Shown piece after piece: positions 10,575 through 19,258 of a DNA stretch of 64,000 nucleotides. The position numbers and the translations under genes are program-made. This stretch comes from an uncultured Planctomycetia bacterium (GTDB lineage Bacteria; Omnitrophota; Gorgyraeia; Taenaricolales; CAZCCH01): the NCBI GenBank assembly GCA_964497315.1, contig CAZCCH010000001.1, forward strand, positions 56,106 through 120,105, in the 5' to 3' direction. Under the pieces are notes generated by a model that had not been told where the DNA came from, ran no database searches, and worked only from the letters and a program-made list of their open reading frames with translations. Position 1 is the first letter of the stretch. Every line of letters begins with the position of its first letter.

Positions 10575-11051
10575 TTATTTTTTCTTAGTAAGCACTGCGG
10601 TTGCATATGCAGCTACGGCTTCACCCTTACCTATATCCCCAACGCCTTCGTTAGTTGTAGCCTTAACATTTACAGAAGAATTTGCAATGCTTAAGGTACG
10701 CGCTATGATTATCCTCATCCTATCTTTAAATGGTTCAATCTTTGGTTCTTCCATTATTAATACGGCATCTATGTTATTAATGCGAAATCCTTCCTTTTCT
10801 ATCAGCTTTAAAACGGTTTTTAGCAATTCCACACTGCTTTTATCTTTAAATGCAGGGTCGGTATTTGGAAAATGCTGGCCAATATCACCCAGGGCTGCTG
10901 CACCTAATATCGCATCACATATTGCATGTAAAAGGACATCAGCGTCAGAATGACCTTCTGGACCTCTTATAGAAGGTATCTCTACTCCACCTAAAATTAG
11001 CTTTCTGCCTTCTGCTAGCCTATGTATGTCATATCCTATACCTACTCGCAT
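10575..11051 (-). CDS. ispF: 2-C-methyl-D-erythritol 2,4-cyclodiphosphate synthase
   Basis: 158 aa. MRVGIGYDIHRL and GHSDADVLLHAICDA motifs. Confidence 0.9.
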   Translation of the reverse strand: MRVGIGYDIHRLAEGRKLILGGVEIPSIRGPEGHSDADVLLHAICDAILGAAALGDIGQHFPNTDPAFKDKSSVELLKTVLKLIEKEGFRINNIDAVLIMEEPKIEPFKDRMRIIIARTLSIANSSVNVKATTNEGVGDIGKGEAVAAYATAVLTKKK

Positions 11052-11733
11052 TTAGTATCGCCTCCCCAACAATTAAATCAAAGGGTGTTGTAATCTTTAT
11101 ATTCTCACATAACCCATTTACTATCTTCACCCTCTGGCCAAGTTTTTCAACCAAACAAGAGTCATCTGTAGCATGGCATCTATTCCTGCCTGCTTTTTTG
11201 TAGGCAGCTAGAATTAAAGCCTTTTTAAAAACCTGCGGTGTTTGAACTTCCCATAAACTGCATCTATTGGTAGTTAACTTTACAAAATTACCTTCATTGG
11301 ATTGCTTTATTGTAGAAGTGGCTGGTATTGCCAAAATTGCAGCGCCAAATTTTTTAGCTTCAAGCATGCATTTGGTAACCGTGCCTTTACTTACAAATGG
11401 CCTTACGCCATCATGGATTAAAATCAACTCAGCATTTTTATCAACGACCTTTAAACCTTTTGATACTGAGTCGGCCCTAGTCTTTCCTCCTGCAATAATC
11501 TTTTTTATTTTCTTGAATTTATATTTTTTTACAACTGATCTAGATGTAGTTGTTATGTCTTTTTTGTTTGCTACAAGTATGATTTCATTAATACTCTTAA
11601 GGCTTTCAAATATTGCCAGTGTGTGTGCCAGTATGGGCTTTCCCCCAAGAAGAATGTAGGGCTTTCTTGTTCTAAAAGCCCTTTTCATTCTTTTTGAATT
11701 GCCCGCGGCAACAATTATAGCCGATACTTTCAT
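11029..11733 (-). CDS. ispD: 2-C-methyl-D-erythritol 4-phosphate cytidylyltransferase
   Basis: 234 aa. VSAIIVAAGNSKRM N-terminal nucleotide-binding motif; overlaps ispF. Confidence 0.85.
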   Translation of the reverse strand: MKVSAIIVAAGNSKRMKRAFRTRKPYILLGGKPILAHTLAIFESLKSINEIILVANKKDITTTSRSVVKKYKFKKIKKIIAGGKTRADSVSKGLKVVDKNAELILIHDGVRPFVSKGTVTKCMLEAKKFGAAILAIPATSTIKQSNEGNFVKLTTNRCSLWEVQTPQVFKKALILAAYKKAGRNRCHATDDSCLVEKLGQRVKIVNGLCENIKITTPFDLIVGEAILNASRYRI

Positions 11734-12759
11734 TTAGCTTCTGTGTTTGTTTTTAGGCCTTTGAGGATGCTGCGGCTTTGCAAAAATCATTCTTCCTGCT
11801 GATGTTTGTAATACACTTGTGATGGTTACGTTAAGGCTAGAACCTATCATATGCTTTGCATCATCTACAACCACCATGGTTCCATCTTCAAGGTATGCCA
11901 CGGCCTGGCTGTATTCCTTGCCTTCTTTTATCAAGCGAACTTCCATGATTTCTCCAGGTAGGACTACAGGCTTAAGGGCGTTTGCCAAGTCATTTATATT
12001 CAACACAGGTACTCCCTGCAGCTCTGAGATCTTATTAAGGTTATAATCGGTAGTCAGAACTTTGGCATTTAAAACCTTGGCAAGTTTTACAAGTTTAGCA
12101 TCCACGTCTGTCAGCTCTGGGAAATCCTCATCGTGAATCTTTATATCCATAGCCTTCAGTTTCTTTATGCGGTTTAAAATGTCTAATCCTCGTCGACCTC
12201 TGTTGCGCTTTAATGCATCCTGGGAATCAGCGATTTGCTGAAGTTCTCTTAAGACGAATCTTGGGACTATAAACCTACCCTCTAGGAATTTAGTCTGGCA
12301 AAGGTCTGCTATCCTGCCATCAATTATCGCACTGGTATCCAGTACTATAAACATTTCGCTTTGATGCTGTCTGGAAAATTTTATATACGGAATAATCACA
12401 CTAAATTCATCCCTTCCCCTTATTGCAATGACCATACCAAGATAACAGAATATTACCGTAAGGATTAATTGCAAAGAAGAAGCAAAGAGTTTATCCATTG
12501 GAACAAGTACAAAGGCATCCGTAATAAACTTGGCCATAATCATACCAAAAATCAAACCAAAGACCGCTGAAGAAAGCCCTCTTACGGAAACCTTCCTCAT
12601 CCCAAATTCAAAAGCTATAATTGCACATGATAAAAGAAACCCAATGGCAGCTCCGAATAAATCAGGCCTGCCGCCACCACTCATAAATGGGACTCCTATT
12701 TGATAACCAACTACAGTACTTACAACTATAAAAAATACCCTTATAAAAATAATAGTCAC
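11734..12759 (-). CDS. yacL: Membrane-anchored PIN + TRAM domain protein (YacL-like)
   Basis: 341 aa. It has N-terminal TM helices, a PIN domain (IVLDTSAIIDGR) and a C-terminal TRAM-like beta-barrel. It sits in the conserved ispDF neighbourhood. Confidence 0.65.
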   Translation of the reverse strand: MTIIFIRVFFIVVSTVVGYQIGVPFMSGGGRPDLFGAAIGFLLSCAIIAFEFGMRKVSVRGLSSAVFGLIFGMIMAKFITDAFVLVPMDKLFASSLQLILTVIFCYLGMVIAIRGRDEFSVIIPYIKFSRQHQSEMFIVLDTSAIIDGRIADLCQTKFLEGRFIVPRFVLRELQQIADSQDALKRNRGRRGLDILNRIKKLKAMDIKIHDEDFPELTDVDAKLVKLAKVLNAKVLTTDYNLNKISELQGVPVLNINDLANALKPVVLPGEIMEVRLIKEGKEYSQAVAYLEDGTMVVVDDAKHMIGSSLNVTITSVLQTSAGRMIFAKPQHPQRPKNKHRS

Positions 12760-12798
12760 TTAACTTCTCACCTCCTTTTTTAAAATTTTATCCACTTT

Positions 12799-14289
12799 TC
12801 AATCTGCTACCTTAAACCCCGAGAAAAAAGTAGAAGTTGAATCTGCGTAAAGTGTTCTATTGTTATCCGTATCACCATTTGCTACACGTACCTCAAAATA
12901 ATCGTTAATTCCATCGGCAGATACCAGTTTTGAAATGCTGCGAACAGCAGATGAAACGCTAGCAGTTTTATCTATGCCATAAGCAACAATTGTTTCTTTC
13001 TTGTAGATATATACTCTGCGATGTAAATTCTTATTAGCCATTCGTACGGATGCAGTCAAAAAGTATTTACCTGGCTTTTTTGGCTTAAATCTATCTGTGG
13101 TAAGGTCAAACTCATCATTTGTATCAAAATCCTCGGTTGACCAATCAACCAATACGTGATTATTTTTACTGTTCTTGGGCACAACTTGGTTAACATCATC
13201 TTTACAAACCGTGAAAGCAGAGTTGTTCCCTGCTCGTCGCCAGCTAGTCCCATTGTGCCATTTGAGAGTATTATTGTCTTGGGAATCAATAACAATATCT
13301 CCGGCAGCGCCTGTTGCGGGAAGTGCTGAAGGTTCTATGCGCATTCCATCAGTGCTAGCAACATGTAAGGTTCTTGCTGGAGTAGTCGTCCCAATGCCGA
13401 CGTTGCCATCTGTTTTGATAGTAAGTACGGTACCAGAACCAACATAGGGCAAGACTCCTTGAGGTGCATCGATTTTAAGTTTATCAGAATCATCATTATC
13501 AACACCAATACCCCAATCTTGTGCATCTGCTATAGTAAATAAAACTTGAGGGTCTCCACCCGAAGATCCAGCTGTCTTAATATCAAGCTGAGCACTGGAT
13601 AGGCCGTTAGTGTTATCGGTGTTATCTAATCGAATAATGCTATACTCGCCAGGTGTATCTTCGGAAACATGTAGATCGTGCGCTGGCGACGTCGTCCCGA
13701 TGCCGACGTTGCCAGTGGAACTTATAGAAATGTACTGTAGGCCAACAAGATTTATCAGCTTGAGAGAGTTATCGTTGTTGTTATAGATCAAAGAACCTTT
13801 AAGTTGAGTTGAAAGGCCTGGTTGGACCATTCCAAAACTGATGCTGTTTTGTCTATTGCTGGGAGAGTCTAGTGCAATAGCTACATTATCGCTTGCTGAT
13901 TCCATTCCAAGGAGTGTTCTTGGATCCGTCGTCCCGATGCCGACCTTGCCTGCGTCATAATAAATATTTGTTCCATTCGCTGCTGTTGTCCATGCGCCAC
14001 CACTTAAAGAAGTCCATCCTCCTGCATCTTCTTCGCAGTAATAAAGGCCTTTGGGGTTAGTACCTGTTCCATTATCAAAATAAAACATACCTTCTAGTTC
14101 TGAACCTGCAGCAACAGGTGGAGCAGCTCCAGGTGTAAGTGTAAGGGTTTCTGTTTCCAAGTCGTTATAGTTACCCGTAGGGGCTGGGTAGTAGGTTGTG
14201 AGTGTTATCTCCTCTGCTATGGCAGAAATAATACCCATTAAAACTATGCCCACTATAATAAGCGGGATGAGTCTATAAGAGTAGGTCAT
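12799..14289 (-). CDS. Secreted or anchored protein with G[KN]VGIGTT[ST]P...LHV repeats (tail-fibre-like) and a C-terminal C1q/TNF-like jelly-roll domain
   Basis: 496 aa. N-terminal hydrophobic anchor MTYSYRLIPLIIVGIVLMGIISAIA. There are at least four GKVGIGTTDP / GNVGIGTTSP / GNVGIGTTTPARTLHV repeats. The last ~130 aa (SAFTV...PGKYF...YFEVRV...FFSGFKV) follow the C1q globular-domain pattern. Confidence 0.5.
   Translation of the reverse strand: MTYSYRLIPLIIVGIVLMGIISAIAEEITLTTYYPAPTGNYNDLETETLTLTPGAAPPVAAGSELEGMFYFDNGTGTNPKGLYYCEEDAGGWTSLSGGAWTTAANGTNIYYDAGKVGIGTTDPRTLLGMESASDNVAIALDSPSNRQNSISFGMVQPGLSTQLKGSLIYNNNDNSLKLINLVGLQYISISSTGNVGIGTTSPAHDLHVSEDTPGEYSIIRLDNTDNTNGLSSAQLDIKTAGSSGGDPQVLFTIADAQDWGIGVDNDDSDKLKIDAPQGVLPYVGSGTVLTIKTDGNVGIGTTTPARTLHVASTDGMRIEPSALPATGAAGDIVIDSQDNNTLKWHNGTSWRRAGNNSAFTVCKDDVNQVVPKNSKNNHVLVDWSTEDFDTNDEFDLTTDRFKPKKPGKYFLTASVRMANKNLHRRVYIYKKETIVAYGIDKTASVSSAVRSISKLVSADGINDYFEVRVANGDTDNNRTLYADSTSTFFSGFKVAD
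13381..13950 (-). repeat. Intragenic near-identical DNA repeats (~25 nt: CGTCGTCCCGATGCCGACGTTGCC and variants) encoding the GIGTT motif
   Basis: gtcgtcccaatgccgacgttgcc (~13384), cgtcgtcccgatgccgacgttgcc (~13690) and cgtcgtcccgatgccgaccttgcc (~13921) are directly visible. Confidence 0.8.
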
Positions 14290-15656
14290 TTTAGTACCCT
14301 CCTAAGCACTGTATTCAGCGCTTCTTTTAGTTTCTCAACACCAATTAATTCCATATCTAAACTTAATTTTATATTTTTTAAATTTCCATTAGGAATTAAA
14401 GCCTTTTTAAATCCTAGCTTTCTAGCTTCTTTAAGCCTTGCTTCTATTTGACTCACTGCCCTTACTTCTCCACCTAAGCCTACCTCACCTACTATTACTG
14501 TATCTGTCTGTGTTGGTATTTCTTTAAGGCTTGAGGCTATGGCAGTGGCTGTGCCTAAGTCTGCTGCTGGCTCTGATACCTTGATACCCCCTGCAACATT
14601 TACAAAACAATCAGAATTAGACAGGTGCAAACCTACCTTTTTCTCTAATACTGCTATTAGAAGAGAAAGCTTGTTATAGTCAAGGCCTGTTGTCCTGCGC
14701 GTAGGTATGCCAAATGATGCACGAGCCACCAAGGCTTGGATTTCAACCAACAATGGCCTTGAGCCTTCTATGGTGGGTACAACTACAGAACCAGGGGTCC
14801 CTTTAGGTCTTTCTGATAAAAACATGACAGATGGATTGACAACCTCGCTTAAACCATGAGAATCCATTTCAAATACGCCTATTTCATTTGTTGAGCCAAA
14901 TCTATTTTTTACCGCACGCAAGATTCTAAAACTTGCAAACCTCTCCCCTTCAAAATAAAGAACAGTATCTACTAAATGCTCAAGTACCCTTGGGCCAGCT
15001 AACGCACCCTCTTTAGTAACATGCCCCACTAACAAAAGGCTGACTTCTTTCTTTTTTGAAAAAACAGTCAGGTTATGCGCACACTCTCTGACTTGACTAA
15101 CGCTCCCAGGGCTTGAAGATAGCTGTTCACAATGCATAACCTGTATTGAATCTATTACAACTACTTTTGGCTTTAAATCCTCTATATGCGTTTTTATTGC
15201 TTCTATATTAACCTCATTAAGGATGTAAAGATTATCTGTTTTAATATTAAGTCTTTCTGCGCGTAATTTAGTCTGCCTTGTGGATTCCTCGCCTGTTACA
15301 TAAAGAATCTTTCTTTGGTCAGAAGCCATTTTTTCACAAGCCTGAAGAAGCAAGGTTGATTTTCCTATACCCGGGTCTCCTCCGATTAAAACCACAGAAC
15401 CTAAAACAAGACCTCCCCCTAAAATTCTATCTAGTTCTTTTATGTTAGTCTTAATTCTTATATCGTCATCTATGCCTACCTGACTCAATGGCTTTAAATC
15501 TTCTTTGGATACTTTTGCTTTTGGCTTTGCGGAAGATTGAACTGTAAAAATCTCCTCTGCAATAGTATTCCATTGAGTACACTCAGGACATCTGCCGCTC
15601 CACTTGGGAGTTTGATAACCACAATTCTGACAGGAGAAAATTGTCTTTACTTTCAC
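14286..15656 (-). CDS. radA: DNA repair protein RadA (Sms)
   Basis: 456 aa. N-terminal Zn finger CQNCGYQTPKWSGRCPEC, a RecA-like P-loop GGDPGIGKSTLLLQ and a Lon-protease-like C-terminal domain. Confidence 0.9.
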   Translation of the reverse strand: MKVKTIFSCQNCGYQTPKWSGRCPECTQWNTIAEEIFTVQSSAKPKAKVSKEDLKPLSQVGIDDDIRIKTNIKELDRILGGGLVLGSVVLIGGDPGIGKSTLLLQACEKMASDQRKILYVTGEESTRQTKLRAERLNIKTDNLYILNEVNIEAIKTHIEDLKPKVVVIDSIQVMHCEQLSSSPGSVSQVRECAHNLTVFSKKKEVSLLLVGHVTKEGALAGPRVLEHLVDTVLYFEGERFASFRILRAVKNRFGSTNEIGVFEMDSHGLSEVVNPSVMFLSERPKGTPGSVVVPTIEGSRPLLVEIQALVARASFGIPTRRTTGLDYNKLSLLIAVLEKKVGLHLSNSDCFVNVAGGIKVSEPAADLGTATAIASSLKEIPTQTDTVIVGEVGLGGEVRAVSQIEARLKEARKLGFKKALIPNGNLKNIKLSLDMELIGVEKLKEALNTVLRRVLK

Positions 15657-16297
15657 TTTTTCTTGCGCTTGCTCCTTTTGGGTTTATGCAGTAATTTCCA
15701 GGGATTCTTCTTTATATCTTCCACAAATTCGCTTAAATCTTTGTAGACCTTTTCATCTGTCATTAGCTTACCTATGGTACCTTCGCCTCTTTTTACCTTT
15801 GACATAACCTCATTCAAAGAATCCAAGCTTTCCTGTGCCTCAAGGGCAATTTCATAGCCTTTTTGTTTAATCTTCTCCATTGGTATAGTATCATTCCCCA
15901 TTAAAACATCGCCCTCTTGAACCAAACCACTGCCTTTGGTGCCTGGCAATATTTCAAGGTATTTCTCACCCAAAAGCCCCAATGTATTTATATAGGCCTC
16001 TGCATCTTTTTCAATGCCTATGTGTTTTTCAACCCAGGCAGTAAGTTCAATTTGGTTTATTTTTTTTGTAGAATCATAAAATATCTTTATGTCCTCAACG
16101 CGTCCCACCTCTACGCCTGCGTACCTGACAGGGGAACCTTTTTCTATCCCATCGGCAAAATTAAATACAGTCTTTATCCGGCATCCTGGCCTGAAGACAT
16201 AAAAATCACCTATAGAAAATACAATATAGACCAATACCAGCAACCCAAAAAATACAAACACCCCTACCCTGAATTCAAATTTACTTTTATCAAGCAT
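15653..16297 (-). CDS. mlaD: MCE-domain protein MlaD
   Basis: 214 aa. N-terminal TM then an MCE domain. Immediately downstream of mlaF and mlaE. Confidence 0.75.
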   Translation of the reverse strand: MLDKSKFEFRVGVFVFFGLLVLVYIVFSIGDFYVFRPGCRIKTVFNFADGIEKGSPVRYAGVEVGRVEDIKIFYDSTKKINQIELTAWVEKHIGIEKDAEAYINTLGLLGEKYLEILPGTKGSGLVQEGDVLMGNDTIPMEKIKQKGYEIALEAQESLDSLNEVMSKVKRGEGTIGKLMTDEKVYKDLSEFVEDIKKNPWKLLHKPKRSKRKKK

Positions 16298-17063
16298 CGC
16301 TATTGCCCCCTGTAGTTATAGGACCAACTGCGGCCCCGGTAATAAACTGTTTAACGATCGGATTCTTGGTATTTTTGATTTGTTCGGGAGTGCCGATTTC
16401 TATAATCTTGCCCTCATAAAGCATGGCTATCCTATCAGCAATTTTATACGCACTGCTCATATCATGAGTTACAGCAATAGATGTAATTTTTAATTTATCA
16501 TGCAGATCTTTTATTAAATCATTTATGGCATCACCCATTATAGGGTCAATCCCTGTAGTTGGTTCATCGTACAACACAATGGTTGGATCCATGCATATCG
16601 CCCTAGCTAGACCTACGCGTTTTTTCATCCCACCGCTTAATTCAGATGGCATCAAACGTTCTATTCCCTCAAGTCCTACTAGAGCTAAGCAATTATTTAC
16701 TTTAGATTTAATTACGTCCTCATCAAGATCGGTATGTTCGATTAAGTTAAACCCTACATTTTCACCAACACTAAGCGAATCAAAAAGTGCGGCCCCTTGA
16801 AATAACATGCCAAAGCTAAGCCTTAACTGATCTAATTGTTTTTGTTCTATCTGGGTTAGGTCTTGTGAGTTTATCATAACTTTTCCTGAATCAGACTTCA
16901 TAACACCTATGATGTGTTTTAACAAAACGCTCTTACCGCAACCAGACCTTCCTATAATAACCATAGTCTCACCTGTCTGGATGGTAAGATTTACCCCCTT
17001 TAATACTTTTTTCTCGCCAAACGATTTGTATAAATCTACTATCTCTATCATTTTAGAATGCAA
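16290..17063 (-). CDS. mlaF: ABC transporter ATP-binding protein MlaF
   Basis: 257 aa. Walker A GRSGCGKS and the LSGGM signature. Confidence 0.8.
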   Translation of the reverse strand: MHSKMIEIVDLYKSFGEKKVLKGVNLTIQTGETMVIIGRSGCGKSVLLKHIIGVMKSDSGKVMINSQDLTQIEQKQLDQLRLSFGMLFQGAALFDSLSVGENVGFNLIEHTDLDEDVIKSKVNNCLALVGLEGIERLMPSELSGGMKKRVGLARAICMDPTIVLYDEPTTGIDPIMGDAINDLIKDLHDKLKITSIAVTHDMSSAYKIADRIAMLYEGKIIEIGTPEQIKNTKNPIVKQFITGAAVGPITTGGNSDA

Positions 17064-17841
17064 AATAGAAAAATGCCGTAAATAGACAGTCCGCGGCGAT
17101 TATCAGGATAAAGGAAAGAACAACAGACAAAGTCGTTGCCTTTCCTACTCCCTCAGCGCCCCCTTTTGTAACAAATCCTTGATGACAGGCAACAATGCAT
17201 ATGATCATAGCAAAAAAGAATGCCTTAAGTAGACCTGTAAAGAAATCCTTCAGCACTAAAGGATCAAATGTCATGTTGATATACATATCCGAACCTATGC
17301 CTAATTTAAATACCCCTACTATATACCCACCAGCCATGCCGATAAAGTCTGCATATATGGTCAAAAGTGGCAGGACTACTATCAATGCTAAAAACCTAGG
17401 TACGACGAGGTACTTGACTGGATTTGTAGCCAATGTCTCTAAGGCGTCTATTTGCTCTGTTACATTCATAGTCCCAAGCTCTGCTGTTATAGAAGCCCCC
17501 ACCCTACCGGCTACAACAAGGGCTGTCAAGACAGGTCCAAGTTCTCTGCACATTGACAGTGCTACAAGACTTGCAATATACATTTGCGCTGAGATTTTCT
17601 GCATCTGATATGCGCTCTGCAAAGCAAGCACAACACCTGTAAACATAGAAGTAAGAAAAACTATCGGCAAACTTGCAACACCTATTTTTGCCATCTGATC
17701 AAAAACATGCCTTCGTTTAAAAGGCGGTACGAAACTCCAAAATACTGTCTGCACAAATAGACGTGAAGTCCCGCCGATGTATTCGGCAGCAGTAACTATT
17801 TTCTTACCAAATCTTTTAATCCAATTTTCCAGTTTTCCCAT
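17053..17841 (-). CDS. mlaE: ABC transporter permease MlaE
   Basis: 262 aa, multi-TM permease of MlaE architecture. Operon with mlaF and mlaD. Confidence 0.8.
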   Translation of the reverse strand: MGKLENWIKRFGKKIVTAAEYIGGTSRLFVQTVFWSFVPPFKRRHVFDQMAKIGVASLPIVFLTSMFTGVVLALQSAYQMQKISAQMYIASLVALSMCRELGPVLTALVVAGRVGASITAELGTMNVTEQIDALETLATNPVKYLVVPRFLALIVVLPLLTIYADFIGMAGGYIVGVFKLGIGSDMYINMTFDPLVLKDFFTGLLKAFFFAMIICIVACHQGFVTKGGAEGVGKATTLSVVLSFILIIAADCLFTAFFYFAF

Positions 17842-17854
17842 TTTTTTGTTTTGT

Positions 17855-19255
17855 TTAAAATTTCAGTTTATGTTCCAAACTAAAAAATTCCTCATCTTTT
17901 TTAAGGCGCATTTTAACTCTTTGTTCTTCAGTAAGCTTGTATTCTATATCTAGCTCTTCTTTTAAATCTGACTCATCCCAAGCCTGCTCATCGTTTAAAT
18001 ATCCCATAAATGTAATACGTAAATCCTTACCTATATCCTTTTTCACCTTAATCTCAGGGGACTCTAAGGGCTTTGTTATATCCCAACCATTCCAGATAAT
18101 AGTCTCACTCCTAAAAGCCAAATCGAGAACCTTTTTATCGCTTGAGCATAACTGCTTCAAATCAATCGTTCCATCAAGCTTTAAAACATCTTCTTCTCTG
18201 AAAACTTTGGAATCCACAAACTTTAATGTCGAACCTTCGCCTTCTATATTTACATTGATATATCTATAATTCAAGCTTCTCATTTTGCCTTCTCCTAAAT
18301 CTAGGTGCCCTTTTGTTTTAAGATTTGTGAGTGGTCCTGTTAATTTTATCTGACCGTTAGCTTCTCCTAAGAGTATATCCTGTCGTTTGGGATTAGCCAA
18401 TGAGGAAATTTTGTTTAAGTCGGCTTTTTTAATATCCAAAACTAAGTCTGCTTCTCTTTCTCCGCTCAAGTTGCACCACCCTGAAAGTTTGTATTCATCT
18501 CCAAGTACTAAGGAAGAAATTTTTAAAACATCTCTCTCTATGTCGAACTTCGCCGTTAATTCCTCAAAGGGTTCATAATCTAAAACAGTCCCCGAACTGA
18601 TCAATTCGGCAGTTAATTTAGGTATATCGCTCTCACCAGAGGTGAAAAATTTTCCTTTGAGGTCTATTTTTGTAGAAAGATCAAACCTTGATATTTTAAA
18701 ATGGTCCAAGTCTAAAGATGCGCTAAAAGCTTTATCCGAAAAAGTGCCGGATACCTTAACTGGCCTTCTATTAATTTGGCCTGTTGTTAGAGAAGCTAGT
18801 TCAAATTTAAAATCTCTAGTCTCCTTTTTATCTAATGGCACCTCCAGGCGTCCGTTTAAACTTTTTAGAAAGCAAAATTTACCTGCAGAAGAAAGCCTCG
18901 CGTTTTCTATATCTAAAATCAGCGTCTTTGGCTTGGAGAAGTTCTTGTATTTTAGTTTATCGCATACTAAATGCCAAAGGGTTAAATTCGTAGTTACTTT
19001 TTCACTCTCAAACACAATTAAATTGCGCGCATCTTTTATTCTTACCTTTCTTAAAATCAAGGGTTGGAATGCGCCTCCTTGAAAATGCCTAAAATTCACT
19101 TTTGCACCTGCTGTTTTGCTTATGCTGTTTGCAAAAAAACTTTTAAGTGGCCACAAAAAGATATTTTGCTGACTCACAAAGATATTGACGATCAATATCA
19201 AAAGCAACGCAGATAGCAAAAACCTCAATCTTATTTTAAAAGTTAAATAGCGCAT
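17855..19255 (-). CDS. Hypothetical N-terminally membrane-anchored protein (AsmA-like?) heading the mlaEFD operon
   Basis: 466 aa. Single N-terminal TM (LLSALLLILIVNIFV), then a predominantly beta-rich lysine/serine-rich sequence with no recognisable motif. Confidence 0.35.
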   Translation of the reverse strand: MRYLTFKIRLRFLLSALLLILIVNIFVSQQNIFLWPLKSFFANSISKTAGAKVNFRHFQGGAFQPLILRKVRIKDARNLIVFESEKVTTNLTLWHLVCDKLKYKNFSKPKTLILDIENARLSSAGKFCFLKSLNGRLEVPLDKKETRDFKFELASLTTGQINRRPVKVSGTFSDKAFSASLDLDHFKISRFDLSTKIDLKGKFFTSGESDIPKLTAELISSGTVLDYEPFEELTAKFDIERDVLKISSLVLGDEYKLSGWCNLSGEREADLVLDIKKADLNKISSLANPKRQDILLGEANGQIKLTGPLTNLKTKGHLDLGEGKMRSLNYRYINVNIEGEGSTLKFVDSKVFREEDVLKLDGTIDLKQLCSSDKKVLDLAFRSETIIWNGWDITKPLESPEIKVKKDIGKDLRITFMGYLNDEQAWDESDLKEELDIEYKLTEEQRVKMRLKKDEEFFSLEHKLKF

Positions 19256-19258
19256 AAT

